Source: an uncultured Bacteroidales bacterium (GTDB lineage: Bacteria; Bacteroidota; Bacteroidia; Bacteroidales; VadinHA17). Taken from it: DNA of 64,000 nt. Positions within the stretch are counted from its first letter, which is position 1. The number at the start of each line of letters is the position of its first letter. Location: contig OY970346.1 of the NCBI GenBank assembly GCA_963717685.1, forward strand, positions 2,736,419 to 2,800,418, given 5' to 3'. The translations under genes were made by a program, and so were the position numbers. Of this stretch, positions 48,337 to 58,421 are shown piece after piece. A model generated the notes under the pieces. It worked only from the letters and a program-made list of their open reading frames with translations. It ran no database searches and was not told the DNA's origin.

Positions 48337-49398
48337 ATGAGAATCATATCTGAAAAATCTTTTAAGGAAGTTCATGACGGCAAGACTATCAGTCTTCATA
48401 CCCTGAAAAATAAGAACGGCCTTGTAGCACAGATCACCAATTACGGAGGGATTATCGTAAGCATTTTTGTTCCTGACAGGAAAGGGAATTTTGCTGATAT
48501 TCTCCAGGGATATGACACTATTGGTGAGTATATAAAAGGAAACGGACCTTATATGGGAGCTGTGTGCGGGAGATGTGCCAACCGCATAGCAAAGGGAAAA
48601 TTCAGCCTGCCCGGTAAAGAGTACAGCCTTGCAGTGAACAACGGCCCTAACCACCTTCATGGTGGCATTAAAGGTTTCAGTAAAGTTGTGTGGGATGTGA
48701 TAGATTCCTCAGCCTCGAGCCTTCACCTTGGCTATTTATCGCCAGACTGTGAAGAAGGCTATCCTGGAAATCTCATGGTCTCAGTGACATATACTTTAAC
48801 AGACGAGAATGAACTGCGACTCGATTATCTTGCACAAACTGATAAAACTACTATAGTGAACATGGCCGGCCACTCATATTTCAATTTAGCCGGTGAAGGA
48901 AGCGGAAGCATTTATGATCATCTGCTGATGATAAATGGTGACTTTTATACTCCTATTGATGAAACATCGATTCCTACAGGAGAAATCCTCGATGTAAAGG
49001 GAACTCCTATGGATTTCACAAGATCCAGGAAAATCGGCGAGTCAATAGACAAGGAAAATGAACAGCTTAAATTTGGTGCAGGTTATGATCACAATTGGGT
49101 ATTGAACCACAGGACAGGCACCCTGGGGCTGGCCGCGGTTGCTCATGACCCGGTTTCAGGAAGAACCATGGAAGTGTTTACGACACAGCCGGGAGTTCAG
49201 TTTTATACTGCTAACTGGATTGACGGTGAAAAGGGCAAGGATGGTAAGAAATATGGCAGGAGATGGGCTTTCTGCCTTGAAACCCAACATTTTCCGGATG
49301 CGATCAACAAACCGCATTTCCCTTCCACAATCCTTAATCCGGGAGAAGAATACCGGCATGTGTGTGTCTATAAGTTCAGCTATGGGCAGGATGCCTGA
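48337..49398 (+). CDS. galM: Aldose 1-epimerase (mutarotase)
   Basis: NGPNHLHGGIKGF, AGHSYFNL and CLETQHFPDA. The track ORF start at 48091 overlaps the kinase gene. ATG 48337 (MRIISEKSF) lies 44 nt after the kinase stop. Confidence 0.9.
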   Translation: MRIISEKSFKEVHDGKTISLHTLKNKNGLVAQITNYGGIIVSIFVPDRKGNFADILQGYDTIGEYIKGNGPYMGAVCGRCANRIAKGKFSLPGKEYSLAVNNGPNHLHGGIKGFSKVVWDVIDSSASSLHLGYLSPDCEEGYPGNLMVSVTYTLTDENELRLDYLAQTDKTTIVNMAGHSYFNLAGEGSGSIYDHLLMINGDFYTPIDETSIPTGEILDVKGTPMDFTRSRKIGESIDKENEQLKFGAGYDHNWVLNHRTGTLGLAAVAHDPVSGRTMEVFTTQPGVQFYTANWIDGEKGKDGKKYGRRWAFCLETQHFPDAINKPHFPSTILNPGEEYRHVCVYKFSYGQDA

Positions 49399-49449
49399 AT
49401 TCACTAAGTTTAAAAATGATATTGGTTAAAATACTTATCGATTAAAAAA

Positions 49450-50664
49450 ATGACAAAAATGGAAGACAAAAAAAACAATTATCTGTTCCCTCTAATTGTG
49501 ATGGCCTCACTTTTCTTCCTGTTTGGCTTTATCACGACTATGAACAATTCGCTGATAAATTACCTTAAGGATGCCTTCAGGCTGAATGAGGTTGAAAAAC
49601 AGTTGCCAAACACGTTTTTTTATGGAGCCTATATTCTGTCAATACCGGTCGGTTATCTGCTGAACCGTATCGGCTACAAAAATGGCGTTCTCGCCGGCCT
49701 GGGTATGGTTTGCCTGGGTTTCTTCCTCTGTATACCGGGCGTTGCCGCAGGCTATTACGGATTCCTGTCCGCAGTCTCAGTTTTTGCAATTGGAGTGGTC
49801 TTATTGCAGGTAGCCGCAAATCCTTATGTAAATGCGCTTGGGACCCCGGAAACGGCAGCAAGCAGGCTCACTCTAACCAATGCCCTTAACTCACTGGCAA
49901 CCGTAATTGCCCCGCTTTTCGTTTCCATGCTGATTGTATCAGCGAATAAGGGAGGGGCGGCCGATCCAAAAGCCGTTCAGGGTCCGTTCGCAGGTATAGG
50001 CATTGTGACTCTAGTGATCGTTGTCATTATGTTCTTCCTTCACCTGCCTGAGATAAAGGAAGGCGAAGCGACAGAAGGGATCGCCGGAAAAATAAAATCA
50101 AGTGCTTATAAATATCCACATCTCTGGCTTGGCTCTCTTGCCATATTCTTCTATATGGGCGTTGAAATTGGAATACCGAGTTTCTTCGCTGATTATTCTG
50201 CCAAACTAAAATTTGCCTTCGATGGTGAGATGCGCACAAAACTTCTGGCTTATTACTGGGGTGGACTGATGGTCGGCCGTATTGCAGGAATATTCATCCT
50301 GAGAAAGTACAAAGCAAGACAGATACTTAGTTTCAACGCAATAATAGGTGCCATAATGGTTCTTCTTTCACTGGTGGCCGGGAGTATGGGAAAGAACTGG
50401 TTCGCACTGGTATTATTCCTTGGGACCGGACTTATGCATTCGATTATGTGGCCATGCATTTATAACCTGGCACTTGAGGATCTCGGTCCTCATACAAAAA
50501 TTGGCTCAGGTGTAATAGCCACTTCGGTTATCGGTGCCGCATTGCTGCCAATAATGATGGGTGCCATTCAGAGGGGAATAGGCCTGATAGCAGCCATTTC
50601 ATGCCTGTTTGTATATTATGCTTACATTACCTTCTTTGCTATGAAAGGTTCCAAAATCCGTTAG
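49450..50664 (+). CDS. MFS glucose/galactose-type transporter, paralog of 45543-46877
   Basis: FLFGFITTMNN and LQVAANPYVNALGTPE, the same family signature as the first MFS gene. Confidence 0.85.
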   Translation: MTKMEDKKNNYLFPLIVMASLFFLFGFITTMNNSLINYLKDAFRLNEVEKQLPNTFFYGAYILSIPVGYLLNRIGYKNGVLAGLGMVCLGFFLCIPGVAAGYYGFLSAVSVFAIGVVLLQVAANPYVNALGTPETAASRLTLTNALNSLATVIAPLFVSMLIVSANKGGAADPKAVQGPFAGIGIVTLVIVVIMFFLHLPEIKEGEATEGIAGKIKSSAYKYPHLWLGSLAIFFYMGVEIGIPSFFADYSAKLKFAFDGEMRTKLLAYYWGGLMVGRIAGIFILRKYKARQILSFNAIIGAIMVLLSLVAGSMGKNWFALVLFLGTGLMHSIMWPCIYNLALEDLGPHTKIGSGVIATSVIGAALLPIMMGAIQRGIGLIAAISCLFVYYAYITFFAMKGSKIR

Positions 50665-50727
50665 ATACGATTATTTTCTGCCGGAAGGGCACCCTATAAT
50701 GCTGTCTTTGCAGTTATTTTTTGATTT

Positions 50728-51777
50728 ATGAAGAAAGATGAAGTAAGAAGAGGCTTTGCAAGCGATAATAATTCAGGTGTGCATCCTGAAATTATGAAAG
50801 AGCTCTCCCTGATAAATACCGGCCATGAGTTAGGCTATGGAGCTGACAGATATACCAGGAAGGCAGAAGAGATCTTCAAGCAGCAATTTGGTGATGATAC
50901 TGATGTCTATTTTGTTTTTACGGGAACAGCAGCAAACGTACTCGGAATAAATAATGTCACCCGCTCATGGAATTCCATAATAACGGCAAGCTCAGCTCAC
51001 CTGCAGACTGATGAGTGCGGGGCACCCGAGAAATTCACCGGATGTAAAGTAATATCAGTGGATACGCCTGACGGCAAGATAACTCCTCAGATGGTTGAAA
51101 AGCATGTGACCGGTTTTGGGTTTGAACATCATGCGCAGCCAAAAATCATTTCAATAACCCAGTCCACCGAAATGGGGACCGTATACTCGTGTGAAGAGAT
51201 AAAAGCAATCGCTGATTTTGCTCATTCGCATGGCTTGCTACTTCATATGGATGGTGCAAGACTGGCCAATGCATCAGTTTTCCTCGACTTGCCGTTCAGG
51301 GAAATAACAACCAGTTCCAGGGTTGATATCCTTTCGTTTGGAGGCACAAAAAATGGAATGATGGGAGGGGAAGCCATCTGTTACCTGAAACCCGGGCTTG
51401 CGTCAGATTTTAAGTATGTAAGGAAGCAAGGCATGCAGCTTGCTTCAAAAATGAGGTATATTTCAGCTCAGTACATCGCTTATTTCAGGAATGATTTATG
51501 GAGGAAAAGCGCATCTCATTCCAATTCAATGGCTGCAATGCTGGCGGAAAGATTAAAGGGACTTCAGGGTATCAGGATAACCCAGAAGGTCCAGTCAAAT
51601 GGAGTGTTTGTAGTTATCCCCGATGCAGTAGTTGAGAAAGTCTGCCAGGAATACTTCTTTTATCCATGGGATGAAAAAAAATCAGAATACAGGCTTATGA
51701 CCAGCTGGGATACCACGGAAGAGGATATTGATAATTTTATCCGTTTGCTAAAGAAAGAGCTTGAATCTGTATCATGA
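50728..51777 (+). CDS. ltaE: Low-specificity L-threonine aldolase (PLP enzyme)
   Basis: FASDNNSG, GTAANVLG, HMDGARL and FGGTKNG (PLP lysine). Confidence 0.88.
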   Translation: MKKDEVRRGFASDNNSGVHPEIMKELSLINTGHELGYGADRYTRKAEEIFKQQFGDDTDVYFVFTGTAANVLGINNVTRSWNSIITASSAHLQTDECGAPEKFTGCKVISVDTPDGKITPQMVEKHVTGFGFEHHAQPKIISITQSTEMGTVYSCEEIKAIADFAHSHGLLLHMDGARLANASVFLDLPFREITTSSRVDILSFGGTKNGMMGGEAICYLKPGLASDFKYVRKQGMQLASKMRYISAQYIAYFRNDLWRKSASHSNSMAAMLAERLKGLQGIRITQKVQSNGVFVVIPDAVVEKVCQEYFFYPWDEKKSEYRLMTSWDTTEEDIDNFIRLLKKELESVS

Positions 51778-51824
51778 TTTCCTGCGATTGAGATTATGTC
51801 AATTTCAAGGATTGTCAAAATAAA

Positions 51825-51850
51825 AAGGCTGAATCTGCTGATTCAGCCTT
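51825..51850. terminator. Bidirectional intrinsic terminator between ltaE and tonB
   Basis: 11-bp perfect stem AAGGCTGAATC-tgct-GATTCAGCCTT, flanked by an A-run and a T-run, between convergent genes. Confidence 0.7.
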
Positions 51851-51877
51851 TTATATAATCAATCAATAAAATGAATT

Positions 51878-52657
51878 CTATTTAAGCGTAAAGTTAATCG
51901 GCACCAGGTACCATACGGGCACAGGTTTGCCGCCTTGTTTGCCAGGCTTAAATGGAGGAAGTGTAGAAACAACTCTGACTGCTTCTTTATCAAGTTCCGG
52001 ATCGACGCCTTTCAGGATACTTACCTTATCCACTGCTCCTTTTGAAGTGACACAGAACCTGACTATCACCCTGCCCTGGATATTGTTTTCCTTGGCTACT
52101 TCGGGATAGTTGACATGTTCGTTAATATACTTAAGAAGTTCAGCGTCACCTCCCGGGAACACTGGCATTTCCTCAACAACAACGAATGGTTCCTGTTCCT
52201 TCTCCTCTTCCTGTACCTCTTCCTTTGGCTGCTGTACTTCTTCAACAACATCCTGGTTCTTGACTTCAACGTTAGCCTGATCAGCAGTCATTAGTTTGAC
52301 ATTTTCTTCAGGTTTAACGGAGTCTACTACCACAGGAGGAACGTATCTTGTCTGCTGAATCGCATCCGGTGGAGGAGGCGGAGGCGGAGGCGGAGGAGTA
52401 ACCTGCTCGGCCGGCTGATCAAGCTTTTCCATTTTAATCTCAACCTGTCTTTCAGCCCGCTTATTCCGGTTCTCCATGGCTTTGGCATTCAAATAGGGAG
52501 TGATTACAGCGGTACCCAAAATAAATATTCCAACCACCATCGAGATAAGTACATTTCTTTTATACTTCTTGCGAAGCCTGTATGCTCCATATTCCTTGTT
52601 TCTGTCCTCAAAAACAATATCATCGAATGAAGGAGCATGAATATTCTCTTTTGCCAT
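51878..52657 (-). CDS. tonB: Energy transducer TonB
   Basis: N-terminal anchor, a Pro10 run plus an acidic spacer, and a C-terminal TonB domain (PVFPGGDAELLKYI...GRVIVRFCV...). Confidence 0.92.
   Translation of the reverse strand: MAKENIHAPSFDDIVFEDRNKEYGAYRLRKKYKRNVLISMVVGIFILGTAVITPYLNAKAMENRNKRAERQVEIKMEKLDQPAEQVTPPPPPPPPPPDAIQQTRYVPPVVVDSVKPEENVKLMTADQANVEVKNQDVVEEVQQPKEEVQEEEKEQEPFVVVEEMPVFPGGDAELLKYINEHVNYPEVAKENNIQGRVIVRFCVTSKGAVDKVSILKGVDPELDKEAVRVVSTLPPFKPGKQGGKPVPVWYLVPINFTLK
52367..52396 (-). repeat. Triplet/hexamer repeat (AGGCGG)n encoding the Pro10 run of TonB
   Basis: The plus strand reads cgg tgg agg agg cgg agg cgg agg cgg agg, which is ten consecutive CCN codons on the minus strand. 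Confidence 0.8.
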
Positions 52658-52677
52658 CTTCTCTAAGGTTTAAAAGG

Positions 52678-53343
52678 TTATTTGGGTGAAGATGGAGTGG
52701 TGGCAGCTATTGCTGTTTCGACCATTTTCTCTTCATACCATGCTATATCGACGAATGTATAACGTGCAATTCCGCAGATATTCATTTCATCGAGAATATC
52801 TACAAAATTTCCGTAATTGGCTTTTTTATAAGCTTTTATAAGCACAATTGGGCCGGTATCATCGTCAGATTTGAGCCTGCTCACAGAACTTCGGAGAGAA
52901 TCCTGTGAAATCAGTCTTTTGCCTGAAGTCACTTCTGCATTAAAATCAGCAATTTTCTTAAAAAGGGCTCTGTTCCTTTCAAGAAGTAACTGACGAACAC
53001 CAGTGGCGCTAAAATCAGTCTCAAAAAGCGGAGGGAGATTCTTATATTCCTCAGGTTTAACACCTCCCGGATACCAGAAAATCCTGTCCTGAGGTCCAAG
53101 AATGATGTTGAGTGTACGGCTGGCAACGATTTTAGGAGCCTGCTGGTTTTTCGGATCTTTAATTTTCTCGGGAAGGATAATCTCCATCACTTTAGCTTTG
53201 CTGAAAGCTGTAGTGAGCATAAAGAACGTGATAAGCAGACACATGAGGTCTACCATCGGGGTCATATCTATATGCGGGGCAATTTTTTTTGCTTTCTTTT
53301 TGCCCCCTTTGCCACCTTTTTCCTCTTGAATTATCTCTGCCAT
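52678..53343 (-). CDS. exbD: Biopolymer transport protein ExbD/TolR (long form)
   Basis: HIDMTPMVDLMCLLITFFML. Confidence 0.88.
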   Translation of the reverse strand: MAEIIQEEKGGKGGKKKAKKIAPHIDMTPMVDLMCLLITFFMLTTAFSKAKVMEIILPEKIKDPKNQQAPKIVASRTLNIILGPQDRIFWYPGGVKPEEYKNLPPLFETDFSATGVRQLLLERNRALFKKIADFNAEVTSGKRLISQDSLRSSVSRLKSDDDTGPIVLIKAYKKANYGNFVDILDEMNICGIARYTFVDIAWYEEKMVETAIAATTPSSPK

Positions 53344-53344
53344 A

Positions 53345-53983
53345 TCACTTTTGTATTTCTTCCAAGTTAATCTTAGCTGCTTTTAGCGTCGTAATCAGAT
53401 TGAACCTGTTAACATTTTTATCCTGAAGAATATCAAGAACTTTCTTGACGGTCGGGAACGCTGTGGTCGCATCCCCCTTTATGCATGCCTGGTAATTTGG
53501 ATTTATCTGGCGTGCACAAAGAATCCACATGGCAAGCTGATTGTCAGTAGAGTCGAATGGAATACCTGTCTGGAAAGCATTTTTGGCCTTACTATCCGTA
53601 AGTGCAAGGAAATCTTTCATTTTAGCGATCGGCACTCCGATGCAGGAAGGGTATTTTTCAAATTCCCTCTTTTCCTGCTCTGTAAAATCGATTGAATACC
53701 TCTTTCCGATTTCCTCAAGGACTTTCGGCCTGAATTTGGAAAGGGTATCTCCACCGTTATCAAAATTAATGAAAACTCTATCGTCTTTTGCCAGGAGAAA
53801 GGTCATCATATTAAAATCAGGAGTAGGTTTCTCTGATATTGAAAAGGGCGTATCGACAGTAGCCGGTTCAGGCTGACGCATTGTGGTCGTAAGCATAAGA
53901 AATGTGAGTACGACACAGAATGTATCAACCATCGGCGTCATGTCAATTCTGGGCGACTTAGTTGGTAATTTAATCTTTGGCAT
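53345..53983 (-). CDS. exbD: Biopolymer transport protein ExbD/TolR (long form)
   Basis: RIDMTPMVDTFCVVLTFLML. 1-nt gap to the next exbD. Confidence 0.88.
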   Translation of the reverse strand: MPKIKLPTKSPRIDMTPMVDTFCVVLTFLMLTTTMRQPEPATVDTPFSISEKPTPDFNMMTFLLAKDDRVFINFDNGGDTLSKFRPKVLEEIGKRYSIDFTEQEKREFEKYPSCIGVPIAKMKDFLALTDSKAKNAFQTGIPFDSTDNQLAMWILCARQINPNYQACIKGDATTAFPTVKKVLDILQDKNVNRFNLITTLKAAKINLEEIQK

Positions 53984-54031
53984 TGTAGTTTTTTATTTTA
54001 TATATCATTTGACCAAAAGATAAAATTCTGA

Positions 54032-54850
54032 TTATTTGCTTTTTAATGAAGCAGCAAAATTCTGTGTCAGACTGAACCCTGCTTCATCAATTTTAAATGT
54101 ATATGAGTCAATTGTTGATGAAAAGTAGTTAAATGCTATAATTGATAATGTTGACCCCGATATACCAAATGCAGTATTGACAAGGGCCTCGGAAATACCT
54201 GTTGCAAGGGCAAGGGCATCTGGAGCTCCCGACTGGGCAAGAGCGGCAAATGCACGAATCATCCCTAACACAGTTCCGATAAGTCCGATAAGCACTGAGA
54301 TTGATGCAAGAGTTGAGAAAATCACCATATTCTTTGACAGCATCGGCAGTTCAAGAGCGGTAGCTTCCTCGAAAGATTTCTGGATTGAAAGGATCTTCTG
54401 GTCCTTTTCAAGCTCCTTGTCATTCTGAAGATCACGGTAACGGACAAGTCCTGCTTTCATGACATTGGCCAGTGAACCTTTCTGCTTGTCGCATGCTTCC
54501 ATTGCTTCTTCAATTTTATCCTCTGCGAGGAGATTCTGAAGCCTGAAGACGAATGAATTAAGCCTTCCTTTTCCCTTTGCCCTTGTGAGAGTGATTATCC
54601 TTTCGAAAATGAAGATGATCAGCGTCAGAACGCAGGTCATAAGAATCGGTACGATAAAACCACCTTTGAAAATAATTCCCAGGTAGTTATGCTCAAGTGG
54701 AGTACCCTTGGGGTTATGTCCCTCGAAGTTGACCGGATTACCCATCACCTGTGTGAACAGGATATAGGAAATAATAAACGCTATTAAAATAGCACTTACT
54801 GCAAAAATATTCTGCAGTGCATCTTTAAACGAACTTCCTTGTTTACTCAT
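54032..54850 (-). CDS. exbB: MotA/TolQ/ExbB proton channel protein
   Basis: LASISVLIGLIGTVLGMI and ALATGISEALVNTAFG. Confidence 0.9.
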   Translation of the reverse strand: MSKQGSSFKDALQNIFAVSAILIAFIISYILFTQVMGNPVNFEGHNPKGTPLEHNYLGIIFKGGFIVPILMTCVLTLIIFIFERIITLTRAKGKGRLNSFVFRLQNLLAEDKIEEAMEACDKQKGSLANVMKAGLVRYRDLQNDKELEKDQKILSIQKSFEEATALELPMLSKNMVIFSTLASISVLIGLIGTVLGMIRAFAALAQSGAPDALALATGISEALVNTAFGISGSTLSIIAFNYFSSTIDSYTFKIDEAGFSLTQNFAASLKSK

Positions 54851-54888
54851 TTTTATCGATTTGTTTAGGTTTAAGATTTAACAACTCG

Positions 54889-54896
54889 CAAATATA
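54889..54896 (-). promoter_or_regulatory. -7 promoter box (TATATTTG on the minus strand) for exbB-exbD-exbD-tonB
   Basis: The plus strand reads CAAATATA, 39 nt upstream of the exbB ATG. Confidence 0.4.
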
Positions 54897-55031
54897 AATC
54901 ATCAAATGTTTTTTTCCAACAAAGAATTTGAATTATATTCTAATTTTAATCGGTATAATTATCTGAACTGCGGTCACTAAGGCCACATTTTCATTTCCCC
55001 TTTTTCATATTTCCAAAATTCTTTTCCTGTT

Positions 55032-57275
55032 CTACTTTGACAATGATACGTTATAAACTCTCGACTTTGTAATGGGTATTTCAATCGATTTGTACCCTTT
55101 GGCACTGATAATCAAGACTTCTGAACCCTGAGGAATTTCAAATTTGAATTCACCCTGCGCATTCGTAAGATTCTCGGCAGCAGTATCCTTTACTCTTATT
55201 GAGGCATAGGCAATCACCTGCCCGTTTGCTGCATCTTTAACGACACCCTTAATTTCGTTCGGGTTTATTCCTTTCTTGACCTGGGCCTCGAATTCATGCA
55301 CATAGTTCAGCTGGTTTTTAGCCGAGACATTATTGGGATCGATTGCCAGGATCTTATTGTAATCTTCAGCTGATTTTTCAAGGAACGGTAGCCTGCCTTC
55401 ATTTGTTTTTTCATTGCCTGCCATTCTTAGCTCAAGAGTTCCAAGGCCGTTATACCCATTGATTTTAAAATCCTTGTTATTCGGATCAAAAGCGATCATC
55501 CTGTCGTAATATTCCTTTGATGAATTATAATTATCCTTCAGCATATAGTAATAACCGAGATACCCGAACGATTCCATCATCTCTGAAGCGTACTTTAAAG
55601 AATCAGCTTTCGTCACTTCAATCAGATTTTCAAATTTTGGCTTGGCAAGACCCATCTTTGAATCGGGGTCCATTTTGGAATAAGTCCTGGCTGTCCACAG
55701 ATATGCAGGTACAAAATCCGGGGATTTCTGCATTACGGAATTGAAAACCGAATCGGCGGTCTTGTACTTTTCCCCGTTGTAATATGCTCTCCCTACCTTC
55801 ATATAATCCTCTGGCCTGGCAGTGTTTGGGTCTATCATTGTGGCCCATGTCTGTGCTGCCTTATCATATCTTTTAAAGGTATAATAATTTGTTGCAATCT
55901 CACTGGTCAGGTTCCTGTCACCCGGCTTAAGGCTCAGGGCTTTGTCATAATTTTCAAATCCCTTGTCAATATCCTTATTCGCATTATCAATATCTGCAGT
56001 GGTTTTGGCTATTTTTGCATTAAGATCATCAATTGAGGCTTTCAGCTTTGCCCTTTCGGGAGCGGAAGCAGACGAGAGTTTGTTTTTTGCCTTATCAAGC
56101 TGTGCCTGCATACCTGAAAGATCATCCACCATTTTCGGATAACCCTGATTCTTCTTCATAAGGATTCTTGCCATGTAGTGATAATCCTTAGGCAGGATCC
56201 TGTCGGCAGGTACTTTTAAGAAAAGCTGCTCCATGTAGTACTGTGCTTTGTCATAGTCTGCATTCTTCTTTTCATAGTATGAATATCCTGCCAGGCGGTT
56301 CATATAGGCCCTTGACTGATCTATAGCAAGAATATCCTCAACATTCTTTATTACCTCATCATAGTCCCCGGTATAGAAAAGAGCATTCACATATCTTGTC
56401 TTGGCAGGTATATTTCCTTCGGTGAGGTCAAGGTATTTTTTAAAATTTGTCTTTGACTGATCAAGCCTTCCCGCAAGATAGTAGAGCTGTCCCAGCTCAC
56501 GGTATGCCGGAGCATAATTTGCATCAAGGTTAAGAGCCTCTTCAAAATAGGGAATTGCGGCCTGAAGACTTTTGCCCCTGACATAAATGTTCCCGATTTT
56601 CATGTTTGCCGTTGGCGATTTAGGATCGAGGTACTGCGCTGTATTATAATTTTTTATGGCATTTGATCCGTCATTGGCAAGAATGTATATATCTCCCGCA
56701 ATAAGGAAAATATCAGGGTTCTTACTGTCAATGGAAACTGCCTGCCTTATGAGAGGAAGGGCGGCAGAAGTGTCAACCTCATTATTTTTAATATATGATT
56801 CTGCAATTTTTGCAAGCGCAAAAGCATATTCGTTTGCAGGAGGAACTATCTTCTTTAAGCTTTTATATGGCAGAAGGAAGCTTTTTGCCTTCGTCCTCAT
56901 TTCGTCTGCCGTCTTAAAATCACCGGCCAACACTGCGACTTTCGCCAGACCTACGTAATTTAGCGGGTCGCTGGCAATGGCTGTCACTCCTTTCTCGAAA
57001 ACTTCCTTTGCGTTTTTTGTTGCAAGTGTAAGCGGGTTTGAAATAGTATCAGCATAATAGTCAAGGAGCATATTTTCTCCAAGGAAGAAATAATATTTGC
57101 TGTTCGAGGGTTCTTTCTGAATCAGCTGCTGAAGCATCGTGCCTGCCTTATCGTATTGTTCGCTTTTTGTCAGAAGCCGTGCTGAAGCCAGATCCTGCGA
57201 ATAGATGTTACTTGCAACTAATCCTGTCATTGATATGGCCAGAAAGAGACCTTTTTTAATAATTGTCCGTTCCAT
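55032..57275 (-). CDS. Secreted TPR-repeat protein with a C-terminal carboxypeptidase-regulatory-like beta-sandwich domain
   Basis: Signal-like N-terminus, many TPR units, and a C-terminal IKGVVKDAANGQVIAYASIRV...AQGEFKFEIPQGSEVLIISAKGYK. Confidence 0.75.
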   Translation of the reverse strand: MERTIIKKGLFLAISMTGLVASNIYSQDLASARLLTKSEQYDKAGTMLQQLIQKEPSNSKYYFFLGENMLLDYYADTISNPLTLATKNAKEVFEKGVTAIASDPLNYVGLAKVAVLAGDFKTADEMRTKAKSFLLPYKSLKKIVPPANEYAFALAKIAESYIKNNEVDTSAALPLIRQAVSIDSKNPDIFLIAGDIYILANDGSNAIKNYNTAQYLDPKSPTANMKIGNIYVRGKSLQAAIPYFEEALNLDANYAPAYRELGQLYYLAGRLDQSKTNFKKYLDLTEGNIPAKTRYVNALFYTGDYDEVIKNVEDILAIDQSRAYMNRLAGYSYYEKKNADYDKAQYYMEQLFLKVPADRILPKDYHYMARILMKKNQGYPKMVDDLSGMQAQLDKAKNKLSSASAPERAKLKASIDDLNAKIAKTTADIDNANKDIDKGFENYDKALSLKPGDRNLTSEIATNYYTFKRYDKAAQTWATMIDPNTARPEDYMKVGRAYYNGEKYKTADSVFNSVMQKSPDFVPAYLWTARTYSKMDPDSKMGLAKPKFENLIEVTKADSLKYASEMMESFGYLGYYYMLKDNYNSSKEYYDRMIAFDPNNKDFKINGYNGLGTLELRMAGNEKTNEGRLPFLEKSAEDYNKILAIDPNNVSAKNQLNYVHEFEAQVKKGINPNEIKGVVKDAANGQVIAYASIRVKDTAAENLTNAQGEFKFEIPQGSEVLIISAKGYKSIEIPITKSRVYNVSLSK

Positions 57276-57461
57276 AGATATTTTTATTTTGATTCAATTA
57301 TACAAATAATTAATGTATCTTTTACACTTATTCCGCAAGTTGTTCATGATCTTCCTTTTCCTGTTTTTTTATTTTCTGGTTTGAGCATTCGATCGAGAGT
57401 GACCGTTAATATCGGGCGTTTCTCTTTTTTTACCTGATTATCTTCTTTATCCTGTCCTTTC

Positions 57462-58421
57462 TTACTGATGTTTTATCTGAACCAGTCTTATCGGCATGGT
57501 CGCAGGCACCAGCCCCGATTTCAGAACTATTCTTTGTCCCTGTTCCGCTGTTGACCACTGGATAAATCCCGAACCAAGCCCTTTGAATGTCTCCCTCGAG
57601 ATAAGGAATATTTCCCTTACGAAGGGATATGATTTGTCATAAATAAAACCCTGGTATGGCCTGTAATATGAATTGTCGGTTGAATACTGCTGTGTAACGC
57701 CGACAACTATGACTTTTTTCAGGAAGCTCATGCTTGTGGCATCATTCTTATCGCTGATCCAGTTTACGCTAACAACCCCAATGGCATTAGGATTCCGTGA
57801 GACATAATCAATGACTTCAGAATTGCTGTTTAAGGCGTAAAAATTCTCCTGCAGATTATTTTTAATTTCGAAAAGTTCTTTGAAGTACCTTATATTGCCC
57901 GACTTTGTGTTGTCGAAAACCACGTTGATTTTTCCCAGCCTTGATTTCTTATCAATATCCTTCCAGTCAGTTATACTGCCGACGAAAATATCCCGGATAT
58001 TCTTATATGTAAGAAGGGAATCGATGTTTTTCCTGTTAGTCACAAGTGCTAGTGCATCATAGGCAAAAGTAATTGTCCGGGCTATGATGGCGGTATCCCT
58101 GAGATACTGTATCTGGTCATCTGTTAGCCTTTTGCTGGTGACAATAACTTGTACCGAGTCGTGCATAAAGTCATTAATGACGTCAAATTCAGGCTTGTAC
58201 GAAGCTTTTACGTGTGCGTTTACATATATATGCGTGAAGGTATATACTTCAGCATCGACAAGCGGCTGGAACGATTCGTCAGCTATGATCCTGATATCTC
58301 CCTGGGTAGGCGTTTCTTCAGGAGTCTTTGGCCCTCCACCGCATGAAACAAGCAGAAAAGGCATCGCGAACACAAGGATTCGCAATACATTCTGAAGGAT
58401 ATATCTTTTGTTTTTAGTCAC
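57462..58421 (-). CDS. PstS-family phosphate-binding-like lipoprotein
   Basis: Periplasmic-binding pattern (IRIIADESF, GSITDWKD, GNIRYF, NAIGVVSVNW). The ORF runs to ATG 58496, but GTG 58421 gives a clean lipoprotein signal (M)TKNKRYILQNVLRILVFAMPFLLVSC. Confidence 0.7.
   Translation of the reverse strand: MTKNKRYILQNVLRILVFAMPFLLVSCGGGPKTPEETPTQGDIRIIADESFQPLVDAEVYTFTHIYVNAHVKASYKPEFDVINDFMHDSVQVIVTSKRLTDDQIQYLRDTAIIARTITFAYDALALVTNRKNIDSLLTYKNIRDIFVGSITDWKDIDKKSRLGKINVVFDNTKSGNIRYFKELFEIKNNLQENFYALNSNSEVIDYVSRNPNAIGVVSVNWISDKNDATSMSFLKKVIVVGVTQQYSTDNSYYRPYQGFIYDKSYPFVREIFLISRETFKGLGSGFIQWSTAEQGQRIVLKSGLVPATMPIRLVQIKHQ

Noticed and set aside
57276-57461. The 186-nt gap between the PstS-like gene and the TPR gene, containing a 17-codon ORF (MNNLRNKCKRYINYLYN).
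   Set aside because: The ORF is too short and unsupported. I could find no convincing hairpin or repeat by eye, so it is probably just an internal promoter or spacer region.
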